A DNA stretch of 64,000 bases from Eledone cirrhosa (taxonomy: Eukaryota). Position numbers and translations under genes: made by a program. Every line of letters begins with the position of its first letter. Positions within the stretch are counted from its first letter, which is position 1. Shown here one piece after another: positions 1 to 11,433 of the stretch. The notes beneath the pieces were generated by a model. That model was given only the letters and a program-made list of their open reading frames with translations. It was not told where the DNA came from and searched no databases. Location: the NCBI GenBank assembly GCA_964016885.1, contig OZ024743.1, positions 156,922,001 to 156,986,000 on the forward strand, read 5' to 3'.

Positions 1-489
1 TTTTTTTCGTTTTGATTTTATACTTTTATGCGAATTACTTAAGAAATAAAGTATTGTATATGTTTTTGTGTCAAATTTTCAATGCCCTAGGGACCGCATT
101 AGGCGATTTAGCGATCTCTCCCTATAATTCTTAGTCTTTCCCTTTTTAGATAGATACATACATATAACGTCGCGCCCTTATAATATCTGTCTGTATGTCT
201 GGCTGTCTATTTTAAGTCACTTCCCACAATTCCCTCTGCGTCCAGAAAGCGCCCTTATAATATGCCTGTATGTCTGGCTGTCCGCTACCGTCCTTGCTCA
301 AGACAAATCTCACACTCATTCCCCAAAACAGCTTCATCGAAGAAAATCTTAAAGATTATCCAGCCATCAGAGTATTCGGTTTATTTTCTTTACATATTCT
401 CGAGACATGTAATTTTTCCACGATTAGGTCTGCTGGCCGCCCGCGTTCCAAAATACCGTATCCCGTGCAATGCTGGATACCACTTCTAG
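1..489 (+). mobile_element. 3' part of a non-autonomous Helitron-like element
   Basis: Ends in an imperfect hairpin (tatcccgtgcaatgctggata) followed by CTAG|T at 486-490. 120-250 resembles 31890-32020, which lies in the Helitron with helicase remnants. Confidence 0.5.
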
Positions 490-535
490 TAATTCATATA
501 ATTAAAACAATGAATGCAATTTACTTAATAATAAA

Positions 536-569
<34 letters not shown>

Positions 570-859
570 CTCATTACTCATCTCATGCTTTATCCCCTCT
601 TTCTTCCTTTCTCTCTCGCTCTCCATTCAATATGAGGTTCTATCTTAAACCGACTTTTTTTTATACATATAGTATTCAGATGTTGACAGCAACCCTCGGC
701 TTTGAGAATACTAACATTTTACAAAAAATATAAAATATACATGTGTGTGTGTGAGTGTGTGTGTGTATGTGTGTGCGTGTGCGTGCGTGTGTGTGTGTGT
801 ATGTGTGTGTGTGTGTGTGTGTGTGTTTGTCTGTATGTGTGTGCGTGTGTGAACAAAAG

Positions 860-1000
860 TTAAACAGACACAATAAAGCAAACGACACAGTACAATGTAG
901 AAATATATTAGTTTAACGCTTGACATAGTAGAAAAAGTGTCTTTACGTTTCGGAGACTAGTCTTTCAGCTCGAGATAGAATGAGAAATAAAAGATGAAAT
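860..1000 (-). mobile_element. Decayed PLE pseudo-LTR fragment, same family as 62620-62750
   Basis: Minus strand gaaagactagtctccgaaacgtaaagac...aagcgttaaactaatata aligns by eye with 62638-62700. Adjacent to (CA)n/(TG)n. The CUGAUGA core is lost. Confidence 0.55.
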
Positions 1001-1079
1001 AGAAAGGTGTATAGAGAGATGAGGATGGAACCGTAAAAGAATGTTTTTAGTTAATCACGTATGCGTTCAATCAGCCATT

Positions 1080-1350
1080 TTGGGAAAAATAATATATATA
1101 TTTGTAAAAACTTAGTATAGATATCCAAGGAGTTAAAGCATTCAATCTGTAAGATAAGTAACGTACAATCAGCTGCAATACTTCTATTACTCAGTTATTT
1201 AAGTTTCAAAGGCCATTTCCTGATCATAAAACAACCTTCAAACATCCTGAGAAGAATCATACCACTAAGTTCGCAAACCACGTGTGCAACCACAAATAAT
1301 ATGGCACAGACTTCTCCATAAATTAGAGGATAGGGGAAACACCCACAACG
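1080..1350 (+). pseudogene. Highly decayed PLE GIY-YIG endonuclease remnant
   Basis: Translates as FQRPFPDHKTTFKHPEKNHTTKFANHVCNHK*YGTDFSIN*RI, resembling the FKxR..H..SF......T.LS.H.W......I.W.I block of PLE endonucleases. Confidence 0.4.
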
Positions 1351-2779
1351 TCGAAAAAAACTGCCTAAAGACACAGCTGCATTTCTTCAACTTTTCTCCA
1401 CATATGCCTCATTTTTTTCTGATAGATGGTCTACGCCGGAATAAATTAGATATAACCCTATGTTACGAATCATTTTTCTACACAAATCCAGTCTCTTTTT
1501 TTCCTTTTAGAATTTAGTCAATTAAGATTTTTAAGAGATCCATGCACTTAGCATTAGAACTCTCCTCGATCAAATATCTCCCGGAATATGGTAGCTTGAA
1601 TTATTTGCTTCTAAACCCAAGCGCGCAAATATCTAGATCAATGCAAACCTAATATACTTAGATCTAGATCCCAAATACGAACAGTAACCGTCCACGCTTT
1701 AGTTTAATTTTTTTTTAAATTAAATAAACCTCTTCATACTGTACATCAGCTGGGATAGATAACGATACCCCGTAGACCGATCAACGCTGGGTTCTAACGG
1801 ATACATATATTAGATAGTTTAATTAACTTCTTTATAACAATTTAGAAATAAAAGCGATTGACCATAGATTAAATAGCCTGACTTCTTTTAGGACATTTAC
1901 CTACTTCCATCGCCTACTGCTACTGATGTAGCTCCTCTCTTCTGACACCCAACTTGACAGTAATAGAACCCACACACACATGCCTATCGGGTATTAAAAT
2001 GCCAACACCTCTTTAATTGCAGGCATATCACAAACAAACAACAAAACATTTATATTTATTTACTTTCGACTTACTGTCTGACGCCAATGCATTAAGTAAA
2101 TGTTTAATACGGACCATTTGATGCCTGTGAAGTGTGCATAACAGAATAAGCTGATGTTGAATAAGTGAAACCGTCTGTCATCTCTTTTTAATATTGATAG
2201 TCCGTCTGATAACGTATAGCTTGTGTTTTCCATGAGGTCGATGCTTCCGCCTAATTACATCATCGATTGCTTGGATCACTCAAGACTAATTTCCTTAAAT
2301 ATATATATATATATATATATATAGCGTATCCAGAGACGCCACAGAGAGTACGGGAGGGAGCAAACCTTGACAACTGAAACTGGTAACGCCACAACCTTTA
2401 CAGCTATGGAGCAGGAACGGTAGATGCTACCGTTTGGCTATAGTCGGGTTTCCTCAAAATGATCAGTGGATCTGGTGCTGTAGAATTGGTTGGAGGTTGG
2501 AAACACCACTATCAAGGTGGGGTTGCTAGAAATGATTGCCCATGTAGGGGTTGGGATATTAACAAGCCCCCGGCTGTCAGAATGGGTTATGGACGGGATA
2601 CCATCAGGAGGAAGGATTTGCAGCTTAGGCAGGATAAAGTGAGAAGTGTCCGCTCATATGGAAGTCAGGACCAGGTATGCATATACTATTGCATCCAAAT
2701 TGAGGCAACTCCATGAGGAACTGATGGCGTTGTGACATTGGGGATTGTTCAGCTAAGGAGTTTCTGCTTCAGCTGATTA

Positions 2780-3640
2780 ATGCTTGTTGCGCTCATGTCT
2801 CTATATGAATGCATGATTACCTCTCTTCGGATAAATGGTGCTATATCGAAACCATTCTACGTGGGAGTCGCGCTCTGCCAATGTTGCGTACTATCACCTC
2901 CCCTATTCATTCATTTCATGTACCAGATTGACATGGGCAGCCGGGTTGGAAGAGGTATCACGACTGGCAAGTGAAAAATTAGTCGACTGAGATTTGCAGA
3001 CGACATGGTATTACTTAATTCGACAAAAGCGGATCACCAATTTGCGTATGATAGGTTTGATGTCGAGTCCTACATGGCTGGAATGAAAATAAGTACTGAG
3101 AAAATTGAGGCACACGTCCGCACACGGAAGGGTCCGCTGTGCACTCTACATTTGAATGGCGTTCCACTGAAGCATGTGGAGGATATCAAGTGTCTTGGGG
3201 CTGAATTCATGAGTGATAGAATGCAGGAGGCTGAATTTTGTGCAAGAATTGCATGAGTTGTTGAAGTAATGCGCCAGCTTCAGAATTTGACCATCAGAAG
3301 AAGTGTGGTACTTGTAAAAGCAAAACTCTCTATCTTCAAATCAGTATTCGTGTTAACCCTTCTTTATGGTCAGGAATCTCAGGTAATGATTGAAAGAATA
3401 CGGTCGCAAATACAAGCTGCCGAAATGGAATACCTCCGAGGGTTTTGAAGTAACGTTACTCGATAAAGTGCGTGACACGGAAATCAGAACGTCACTCTAG
3501 ATAAAACCGCTGATTCCCGAATTGAGACATAACAGCTCCGATACTATGGATATGTGGTTAGAATTTCTCAGGAAAGAATCGCGGGACAGATTTGACGGAC
3601 AATACCAGCCGGCAAGAGACCCATGAGTTGACCTGGAGCA
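2780..3640 (+). pseudogene. Decayed RTE-clade LINE reverse transcriptase fragment
   Basis: GVALCQCCVLSPPLF (QG..LSP), LRFADD at about 2987-3004, IKCLG, and QLRYYGYVVR..PAGKRP. Multiple stops. Confidence 0.75.
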
Positions 3641-4127
3641 ACATTTTGATTTTCTTCACCATCAAGGTTGTTGGTTTTCGTCCAGGGTATTATGAGACAG
3701 CTTCTATTACCCCTAACAGTTGTGGCAGCTGCCATTTTATTCTCATTAACCGCATAGTAGCATCTATGAACAGCAGTATTTCTGTTGCCACCGGGCAAAC
3801 CCATCTTTGTCCCACCTATCAAACAAACAATGATTAGCGTTGATGGGTATGTTATTCGCAGTGGGTCTGCACAACAATAACAACGATTAGGTCGGCCATA
3901 TCGGAATCAAATACTTTCTCTATTCTCTGTTTCTTTTTACAGTATTTATTTTTATTGATTAACTAAGTATACAATTAGCACCTGATGATATCACCAGTGT
4001 CTTACTTGACCAGGTCAGTAAAATATTCAGTATTTCTTTCAACAATCAATCTTTAAAGGATATCCCCAGTCGGGAGCCCCTGTTGATTTAATGAAATACA
4101 CACACACATATATATATATACAGTAAT

Positions 4128-4242
4128 AATTGTTTCTACATTTGGCACAAGGCCAGCAATTATGCATTAGGTTACTGGTACTTTATTTTATCGACGCCGT
4201 AAGGATGAAAGGCAAAGTTAACCTCGGCAGGATTTGAACTCA
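4128..4242 (-). mobile_element. tRNA-derived SINE, 5'-truncated
   Basis: Shares gagttcaaat..gccgaggttaactttgcctttcatccttacg..gtcgataaaataaagtaccag with the full copy at 19791-19980. Confidence 0.8.
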
Positions 4243-4255
4243 TTGCTTAACATAC

Positions 4256-4260
<5 letters not shown>

Positions 4261-4311
<51 letters not shown>
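4261..4311. repeat. (AAT)n microsatellite at the 3' junction of the Tx1 element
   Basis: Direct reading. Confidence 0.95.
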
Positions 4312-4312
<1 letters not shown>

Positions 4313-4557
4313 TTTTCTTTATTAACCACAAGGGTTCACATAAAGTAGACATTAAGGACAGTACAGGACAATACAGGACGGTACAAATGGGCATTTCTGC
4401 GTGTAAAAAAAAAACAGAGGTTGAAATAAAATAACAAAGAAAAATTCCCCAATAGGGGGGAAACTTCCAAGGGACATTTGTGGAGAAAGCCCATTAAAAG
4501 ACCACAGTGGCCCTGACCACCAGGGCAAGTGCCCTCTCCCAGTTTTCCACCTTTAAT

Positions 4558-7500
4558 TTACAGACACATACTCAGAGAAGGCCCATTCATTCGGGCCATA
4601 CTTGCTTCTCTCACCCATCTTTCAACAAAATGCTGGGAAGAGAGCACTTCCCTCTCTACCCTGATTTTCCTTTTCAAATGAAATTTGAAAAAGTTAATCA
4701 GGGCATCACCGAAGAGGTAAGTGCTCGTCTTCAGCCCTTTCAAACGTGTCCACCATACTATCTCTTTCGCCATGGCCACCAGACAGATAAAAACTGCCTG
4801 CCCTTCCAGGCTAAAGGAAGGGGGCGGGGCAATCCTCACGATGGACTCAGCTGATAGCTGGATCCGTCCTACACGTGACAGCAGGTGTTCGACATAAACC
4901 CACAAGTCAGCAATGCTCGGACACTGGACGAGTGCGTGCAGGACGGTTTCGTCGCCCTGCGCGCATCTCGGACATGCCCGGCTGACGGCACCTCCATGCC
5001 TGTAGAGTTTATCCCGAACTGGCAAAGCTCCTCGGTAGCACTGCCAGGCCAGGGATTTCTGGAAGTTGTCCATAGGCCCCGGCCCGAAAGTCCTTTCGAA
5101 GAGATTGGCTAGTTGATTCTCGTCGACGCCTAGAGTTTCTCCAAGTACGTCGTCGCTCTTCCCCTCCACTAATCCCCTATAGAACGCCAAGGTGGAGTTT
5201 CCACCGATCACATTGCCCGATTGGTCGAGGGATGTGAGCGCCTGAAAACATTCCAGTCTCCAAGCGCTCCATCTCGGTCTTCGCTTGAACCAGGACTGCA
5301 GCTCCGTCAAGGAGACGAGCTGGGGAAAAACGTATCTTGCAAACGGCGACCACACCTGATCACCGTCGAGGAAGAGGTGGAGATGTCGTAGCCTGAGCGC
5401 GTGTCTGCGCATCATCAGCCACGGCATGCCCAGCCCTCCACGTAGCGGGTGTTGACAGCAGATGGACCGCCTGACCATCGGAGCGCGTCCCTTCCACAAG
5501 AAGCGAAAGAGCAAACGCTCCAGCGCAGTCAGGCGGGGCTTAGGACAAGGTATGACGGTCAGGCGGTAGTAGATGACGGATGCGATGTACGCATTCGCCA
5601 CCTCCGCTCGACCTTTCAGGGATAGCTTCCTCTCGGCCCATTTCTGGGTGAGAGAAGCCACCCTGCTCGGCACCTCGTCCCAGTTTTTGTCCGTCTGGAG
5701 GTCTGGACCGAACCAGACCCCTAGCAATTTAACCGGTCCGTCCGTCCAGCGCCCGACGACGCTGTTGGACGGCATGGACCTGCCTCTCCAGGTGCCGAGC
5801 TGCAGGCCCACTGACTTTTCCTGGTTGATCATTGCTCCTGTCACCGCTTCGTATTCTGTTAGTGTAGTGCCGATCGCCTCGATGTGTTTGGCGTTCGACA
5901 CCACTACGGTGACATCGTCGGCATATGCTGACACGGATCTTCCGCATCCTAGTTCGCGCGGGACCCCCCTCAACGTCTCCAGTTTGTGCAGTAATGGCTC
6001 GAGAGTCAATACGTACAATAGGGACGAGAGGGGACATCCTTGGCGGACCGAGCGCATGATGTTGAACTGTTCCGAAAGGTGACCGTTCACTCTCACTACA
6101 GAGAAGATGTCGCTGTGCATGGCAGCGATCCAGCCTCTGAAGACGGGCCCAAAGCCAGCCGCCCTCAGCACTGCCGTTAGGTAACGATGGTCGACCCTAT
6201 CGAAGGCTTTCGACTGATCTAAATTGATCAAAGACCCACCCGTGCCAGGTTCCCTAGCTACCCTCTCTACGATGTATCGCATGAGGTGGAGGTTGTCGTG
6301 GATGGATCTGTCGGGAATGGCGCATGTCTGTGCCTCTCCCACCAGACCACCAACGGCAAGCGCCAACAACTTTGCTAGCACCTTGGCCAAAATCTTGAAC
6401 TCTGTGTTTAGCAGAGTTATGGGCCTAAAATTATCTATGTTATCCCCCTTGTTCGGATCCTTTCTCAGCAGCGCCACCGCTCCTCGGCTCACAGAGCTGG
6501 GAATTCTCCCGTTCTGTTGCCAGTTGCAGTAGACGTCCGCCAAGAGGCCTCCGAACAAGTTTGGCATGTGTACGTAAAGTTCATAGGGCAGACCATCCAA
6601 ACCAGGCGATTTACCCCTTATGGAACTAGTCATTGCATCCCGTACTTCAGCGGTTGTTATCGTCTTTTTGCAACACTCCGCCTCAGTGGCCGAAAGTCGC
6701 GGCAGTCCGTCGAGGTAGACACTAAAGTCCATCCCTCGATCCGGCCCGCCACTGCCCCCGAACAGTTGAGCGAAGTGTCGCTGAAAAGCTTCACACATTT
6801 GCCCGGGATCGAGTAGCATGCGCCCGTCGTGGTCCACCAAAGACCGGATCGTGGCTTCGTTGCCACGACGCGCCTCCGCCACTCGGGCCCATTGAACGGC
6901 TTTCGTCCCCTCGTGTCTGAGAGCACGCACCCTAGCTCTGACAACGCAGCCTTCGTGCTTTGCATTGAAGAATTGGTCAAGGGCCAATTTCGCCGCAAGC
7001 ACGTCGGTCGCGATGCCTTTGCTAAGCGCCTCATCTAATTTTCTAACTAGTTCTCCCTCTGCTCTATTTTTCTCTATTGCTAAAGTCTTACTAAACCTAA
7101 TGGACTCTATTCTAATTGCTCTTTTCAGAGCAAACCACCACTTGTTGTTGACGATGGCCCCCGTCAGCGCCCGCTTAACTAGTTCGCTAATCCGGTCTCT
7201 GTAGTCCTTGCGCGCTGGTAAGGACGCGTTTAGCTTCCAGTAGCCGGGTCCTCGCCTATGAAGCCTATCTAAGTCAAGCACACAGATCACGAATTTGCGG
7301 TCCGTGTAGCTGACTATCTTGAATTGTGGACAGCCTATGCTAGACTTATCTATTTGCCTACAAAATACTCTATCTAGATATGATCTGGATGACCCTATGC
7401 GATTTGTCCAAGTCCACATTGGTACATTCGGGAAATCCATTCGGTACCTGTCAGACAGTTCAAAACGTCTGAGAAGGTTGGTGAGACTCTTGCACCCTCC

Positions 7501-7974
7501 TTCCCTATCCACTAATCCCACACAATCCCAGCGTGCATCTAAGATCCCGTTCCAGTCGCCCACTAACACTAAAGAGCGGGACGTTCCAAGAAAGGTCTCC
7601 AGACGCCGGAAGAAATCAGGCCGCCCTGCTCCTGTCGGGGCATAGACAGCTAACCTGAAAGCTTGCCCGTCTCCGCTGGTCACGTCCAGCACCACCAACT
7701 TACCTTCTGGGTCCAGGAAGATGGCCCGTATGGCAAGATCCAAACCTCTCCGAAAAAGCACAGCAACTCCTCCCCCCGATCCCGGACGGCTGGGAGATGC
7801 GTACACATCGTAGCCGCCGAAGATCGGTGCGAAAGCCTGTGCTTCGGAGATTCTGGTCTCGCTGATGGCCACTACATCTATGTTTAGTGACCTGAGGTCG
7901 TTGAGCAGGTGGCCCTGCTTTCATGACGACCCCAAGCCACGCGCATTTATGCTGCCTATTCTGAGTGAGGTCAT
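4558..7974 (-). CDS. Tx1 ORF2: AP endonuclease, reverse transcriptase and C-terminal Cys/His finger; one premature TGA at codon 18
   Basis: ATG at 7974 gives MTSLRIGSINARGL, in frame with the 1104-aa ORF. Motifs AISET, GDWN, SYLDR, KSPGLDG, RPITLLN, LDQSKAFD, QGCPLS, YADD and CPRC..ETVLHALVQC. The TGA at 7921-7923 corresponds to TGG (W) in the copy near 51370. Confidence 0.92.
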
Positions 7975-8008
7975 GTTGAAAAGGAGTGGAAAAGATGGGA
8001 AAGACCAC

Positions 8009-9860
8009 TTACCTTACTTCTCGTAGGGGAAGGACGGTTTTTCCATCCTTTTCACTGCTTGTGGCCTCCTCAGGAAGGATGTCCTTATAAATCCTCCTGG
8101 AGAGTGCTTGTCGGAAGTCTCCGATGTCTTTGGGGTATTTTTGTTTTAGTGTCATGTACGTTTTCTGTGTGATGCGAGTGATTTGTATGTGTGGAGGTGG
8201 TGTGAATTTTGGGGTTGTTGTGTAGTCTTTTTCTGTGATGCTGGTGTTGAGTTGGATGTAGTGTAATAATTGCTTGTTGTTCAAATTTAATGCTGTGTAG
8301 TGTGTATCGTTTTGGTTGTTTTGTTTTGTTTGCTTTTGTTGTGGGTTTGTTTCTGTTTCGCATTTTGGTGACTTTTGTGGTGTAGGTGATGGTGTTGTTG
8401 GAGTTAATGATGGTGATGGTGTTGGTGTTTGGGTTGATGGGGTTGGTGATGCTGGTGTGGATGGTGGCATATCTGTCCTAACTTTTTTGTTTCTTAATTT
8501 ATTTGTTTCCCTCTGTATTTTGTTTTTGGAGGGGGAAGGAAGAGAATTTTTTTCTTTTTTGGTTTTTTTTTTTTCTTAATATCGTTTCCCACTCCTCGTC
8601 GTCACAATCTGTCTCCAGTTGTGATAGGCCGGGGAGTGGAAAATCCTCCACAGCCGTTAGTTTTGGTTGTGGTGTGGTGGATGGTGTAAGCGCTGGTGCT
8701 AGTTCTGAAGCGTTGGGTGGTGGTGGTGTTGGTTTTGCTGGTGGTGGTAGTGGTGTTGGTTCTGCTACTGTTGCTGGGGTTGTTGCTGTTATAGTTGCTT
8801 CTGTTGTTGCTGCTACAGTTGTTGCTGCCATCTCTGCTACTGGTGGTGTTGATGGTTGTGTCACTGGGGTGGGTAGGAGAGGTGGCCTCAACCTTTTAGC
8901 CTGAGGGCAGAAAGCCCTTAGGTGGGTTCCTTCACCATAAACGACACACCTAGGTCTTCTGCCCTCGACAATTACCGTGAGGTGGCTGCCGTCAGTGAGG
9001 TCTATTACCTCTGGGATCTCCTCAATGCTTTTTTGGTCCGCTTGGATTAGGAGCTCCATCCCAGATCCGGACCAGTTTTCCTGCTTTTCTTTTGCTATTG
9101 CTATTATTTTCGTGTTGGCTTCGATGCCGGCGAGGACAGCCGCTATTAGCCAGGGAATTTCGATGGCCGGTGGAACGTGGGTCACCCTGATCTTTACGAG
9201 TCTCTGGTCACAATCGCTTGGGACGAGTGTGAAGTCGTCACTTTTTAATGGGGCCATGGAGTGTTCTCTAGCCTCCTCTGGTGTTTCAAAGAACACATCC
9301 ACGGTTCCATACTTTTGCCCACGTCTGATGTGGGTTTTTCTTGCCCACACATGTCCCAAAGCTTTTTGGATTTGGGACTCGGATGCCCGTTCCACTCGAC
9401 GCGATTTTACATTTATTGTTCTATACGACACGGTGCATAGGTGCCGATGCTCCATTTTATTCGGTGGGGGCGTGAGGCTGACCCTGTACCTATCTTTCTT
9501 TACCATTTGTTTGGCATTTTCTAAATCTTCCTGAGTTACCATAAATGCTTCGAATTGTTTTGCTACTCTGGCGAAACTGAGGGGGGGTTTTATAATATCA
9601 TTGTTGTTGTTGTTGCTATCGTTAATATTAATTTTAGTTTCAGTTGTGGTGGTGGTGACGTCAGTCGTCTTTGGTGGGGAAGAGTCCATTTTGCTTGATT
9701 TCATTTCGACATCACGAGTTAATTTATTTTTTTCTTCTTTTGTTTCTGTTTTCGCGGTGGTGGTGGTGGTGGTGGTTGTCGCGGTGGTGGTGGTGGTGGT
9801 GGAGGCTTTAACACCTGCAGTCATTGGTAATGGCGGGAAATGAATGTCTGCCTGAGACAA
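8009..9860 (-). CDS. Tx1 ORF1 (gag-like nucleic-acid-binding protein), split by a 1-nt frameshift in an A-run near 8565-8575
   Basis: Lies upstream of ORF2. Degenerate zinc knuckle CVVYGEGTHLRAFC and Thr/Pro-rich linkers. The frame of 8009..8470 is open back to the homopolymer (KKEKNSLPSPSKNKIQRETNKLRNKKVRTDMPPS). Confidence 0.75.
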
Positions 9861-10203
9861 ATTTAAAATATTGCTACTGCTTATATTTTTTTTGTGTTGG
9901 CAAACGTAGTAACATTTACAATGCTGGTGTCGGTGTGAGGTGTTATTTTGTGAGGAAGGCTTTCAGCTGCTTCGTGCAGAGGTGAAGTAGCCATTTTTTT
10001 TTCAAAGAATTTTTTTGATAATAATAAAAGTTAAAATTTTGGGCACAAGGCCCCAATCTTTTTCGGTGTCCTTTTCGGAAAACAGTGTATGTGTGCTTAT
10101 AAACAGTTAACAATAAAACTTTCCATAAATGGCAATTTTTAACAAACGGAATTAACAAACCTTTGCGGAGCTCACGATGATACGATTTACTACGTAGGTC
10201 GCC

Positions 10204-10289
<86 letters not shown>

Positions 10290-10309
10290 GGAAATAATAA
10301 TAATAATAA
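10204..10309. repeat. (AAT)n microsatellite at the 5' junction of the Tx1 element
   Basis: Direct reading. Confidence 0.95.
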
Positions 10310-10751
10310 GGGAAGGGAAGAAGACGCACGAGGTGGTAGAACGTCACGAAATTGCTCCCGTAAGTTTTTTGATTTTTAACATATTTAAATCAATTGTGAA
10401 AGAACAATTCTTAGCACAAATGTTGCATAAAGGCACCGAATGAGGTCCCATAAAGTTTCGGATCCATATTATATTGTTGTATCGCTCAAATATTCAATTT
10501 TGTATTATATATTTTGTATTCAAAAAAAGAAAATGGTTATAAATGGAACAAAACACCCTCTGTCTACACTATATAGAACAGCGGCAATTTCAATTTCACC
10601 AACACCAGAAACTTGATACACTACCTATCCCATCACACTAAATATAACGGCAACTTCACCGGCATCATAATAATAATTACTATTATTATTGTCTCAAATT
10701 TAAAAAAATGTTTAATTCAAATTTTACGGGAATATGTCAACACAAAATATA

Positions 10752-10930
10752 ATTGTTTCTACTTTTGGCACAAGGCCAGTAATTACCCAGTGCATTACTG
10801 GTACTTTATTTTATCGACCCCGTAAGGATGAAAGGCAAAGTTAACCTCGGCGGGATTTGAACTCAGAATGGCAAGGACCGTAACTCTATGCGTCAAAGCA
10901 TGGCGCCCGACCCTCTACCGACACTGCTAA
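10752..10930 (-). mobile_element. tRNA-derived SINE
   Basis: Close match to 19791-19980, with B-box GTTCAAATC. Confidence 0.85.
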
Positions 10931-11433
10931 TGAAAATATATATTAAACATACGAACACAAACTCATAGATACTATATCAGTAACCACAACACCACCGCTG
11001 CCACCACCCCATCACATCCATCATCGCCGCCACCACTCATTCAATGCTACTGACACTATTCCCCTGTTAACTTGAGAGAGAAAAGGGAAGGTGGTGGTAG
11101 CACTAGACAAGAGAGAGGCTAGCAAAAGATATAAATAGATTGACTTGGTGACCTTGCCACGGACAAACGTCTACATCAACAATGATGGGACTGCTGGCTC
11201 ACCCCTTCCTCACCAACAATATAAAAAGCCCCGGCACCACCACCGACATAGCCAGCAGCAATAACAGCCAACTACAACAAAACGTATATTATATTATTGT
11301 AATGCACTGGGTGATTGCTGGCCTGGAGTGGAGACAATTATTAATAATTTCATTCTTAAGCCACGCAATGCTCACATTAAGGAACCACTCATGATAATAA
11401 CAATTTAAAAAAAAAAAAACAACAAAAAGAAAA

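Larger units (their letters stand above)
4312..10203 (-). mobile_element. Apparently full-length Tx1/L1-clade non-LTR retrotransposon (about 5.9 kb)
   Basis: 5'UTR, ORF1, ORF2 (APE-RT-zinc finger), and 3'UTR with AATAAA just before the end. Both ends abut (ATT)n/(AAT)n tracts. Confidence 0.92.

Noticed and set aside
3978-4035. Further HHR candidates at about 3981, 23502, 35138, 52300-52465 and 58900
   Set aside because: The core is incomplete or stem I does not pair; these are at best decayed copies.
8560-8580. Programmed -1 frameshift at A AAA AAC in Tx1 ORF1
   Set aside because: Joining the frames needs +1, which fits one extra A in a homopolymer (mutation or sequencing error).
4507-9843. 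Plus-strand ORFs over the Tx1 element
   Set aside because: They are antisense shadows of GC-rich or low-complexity coding sequence, with no recognisable motifs.
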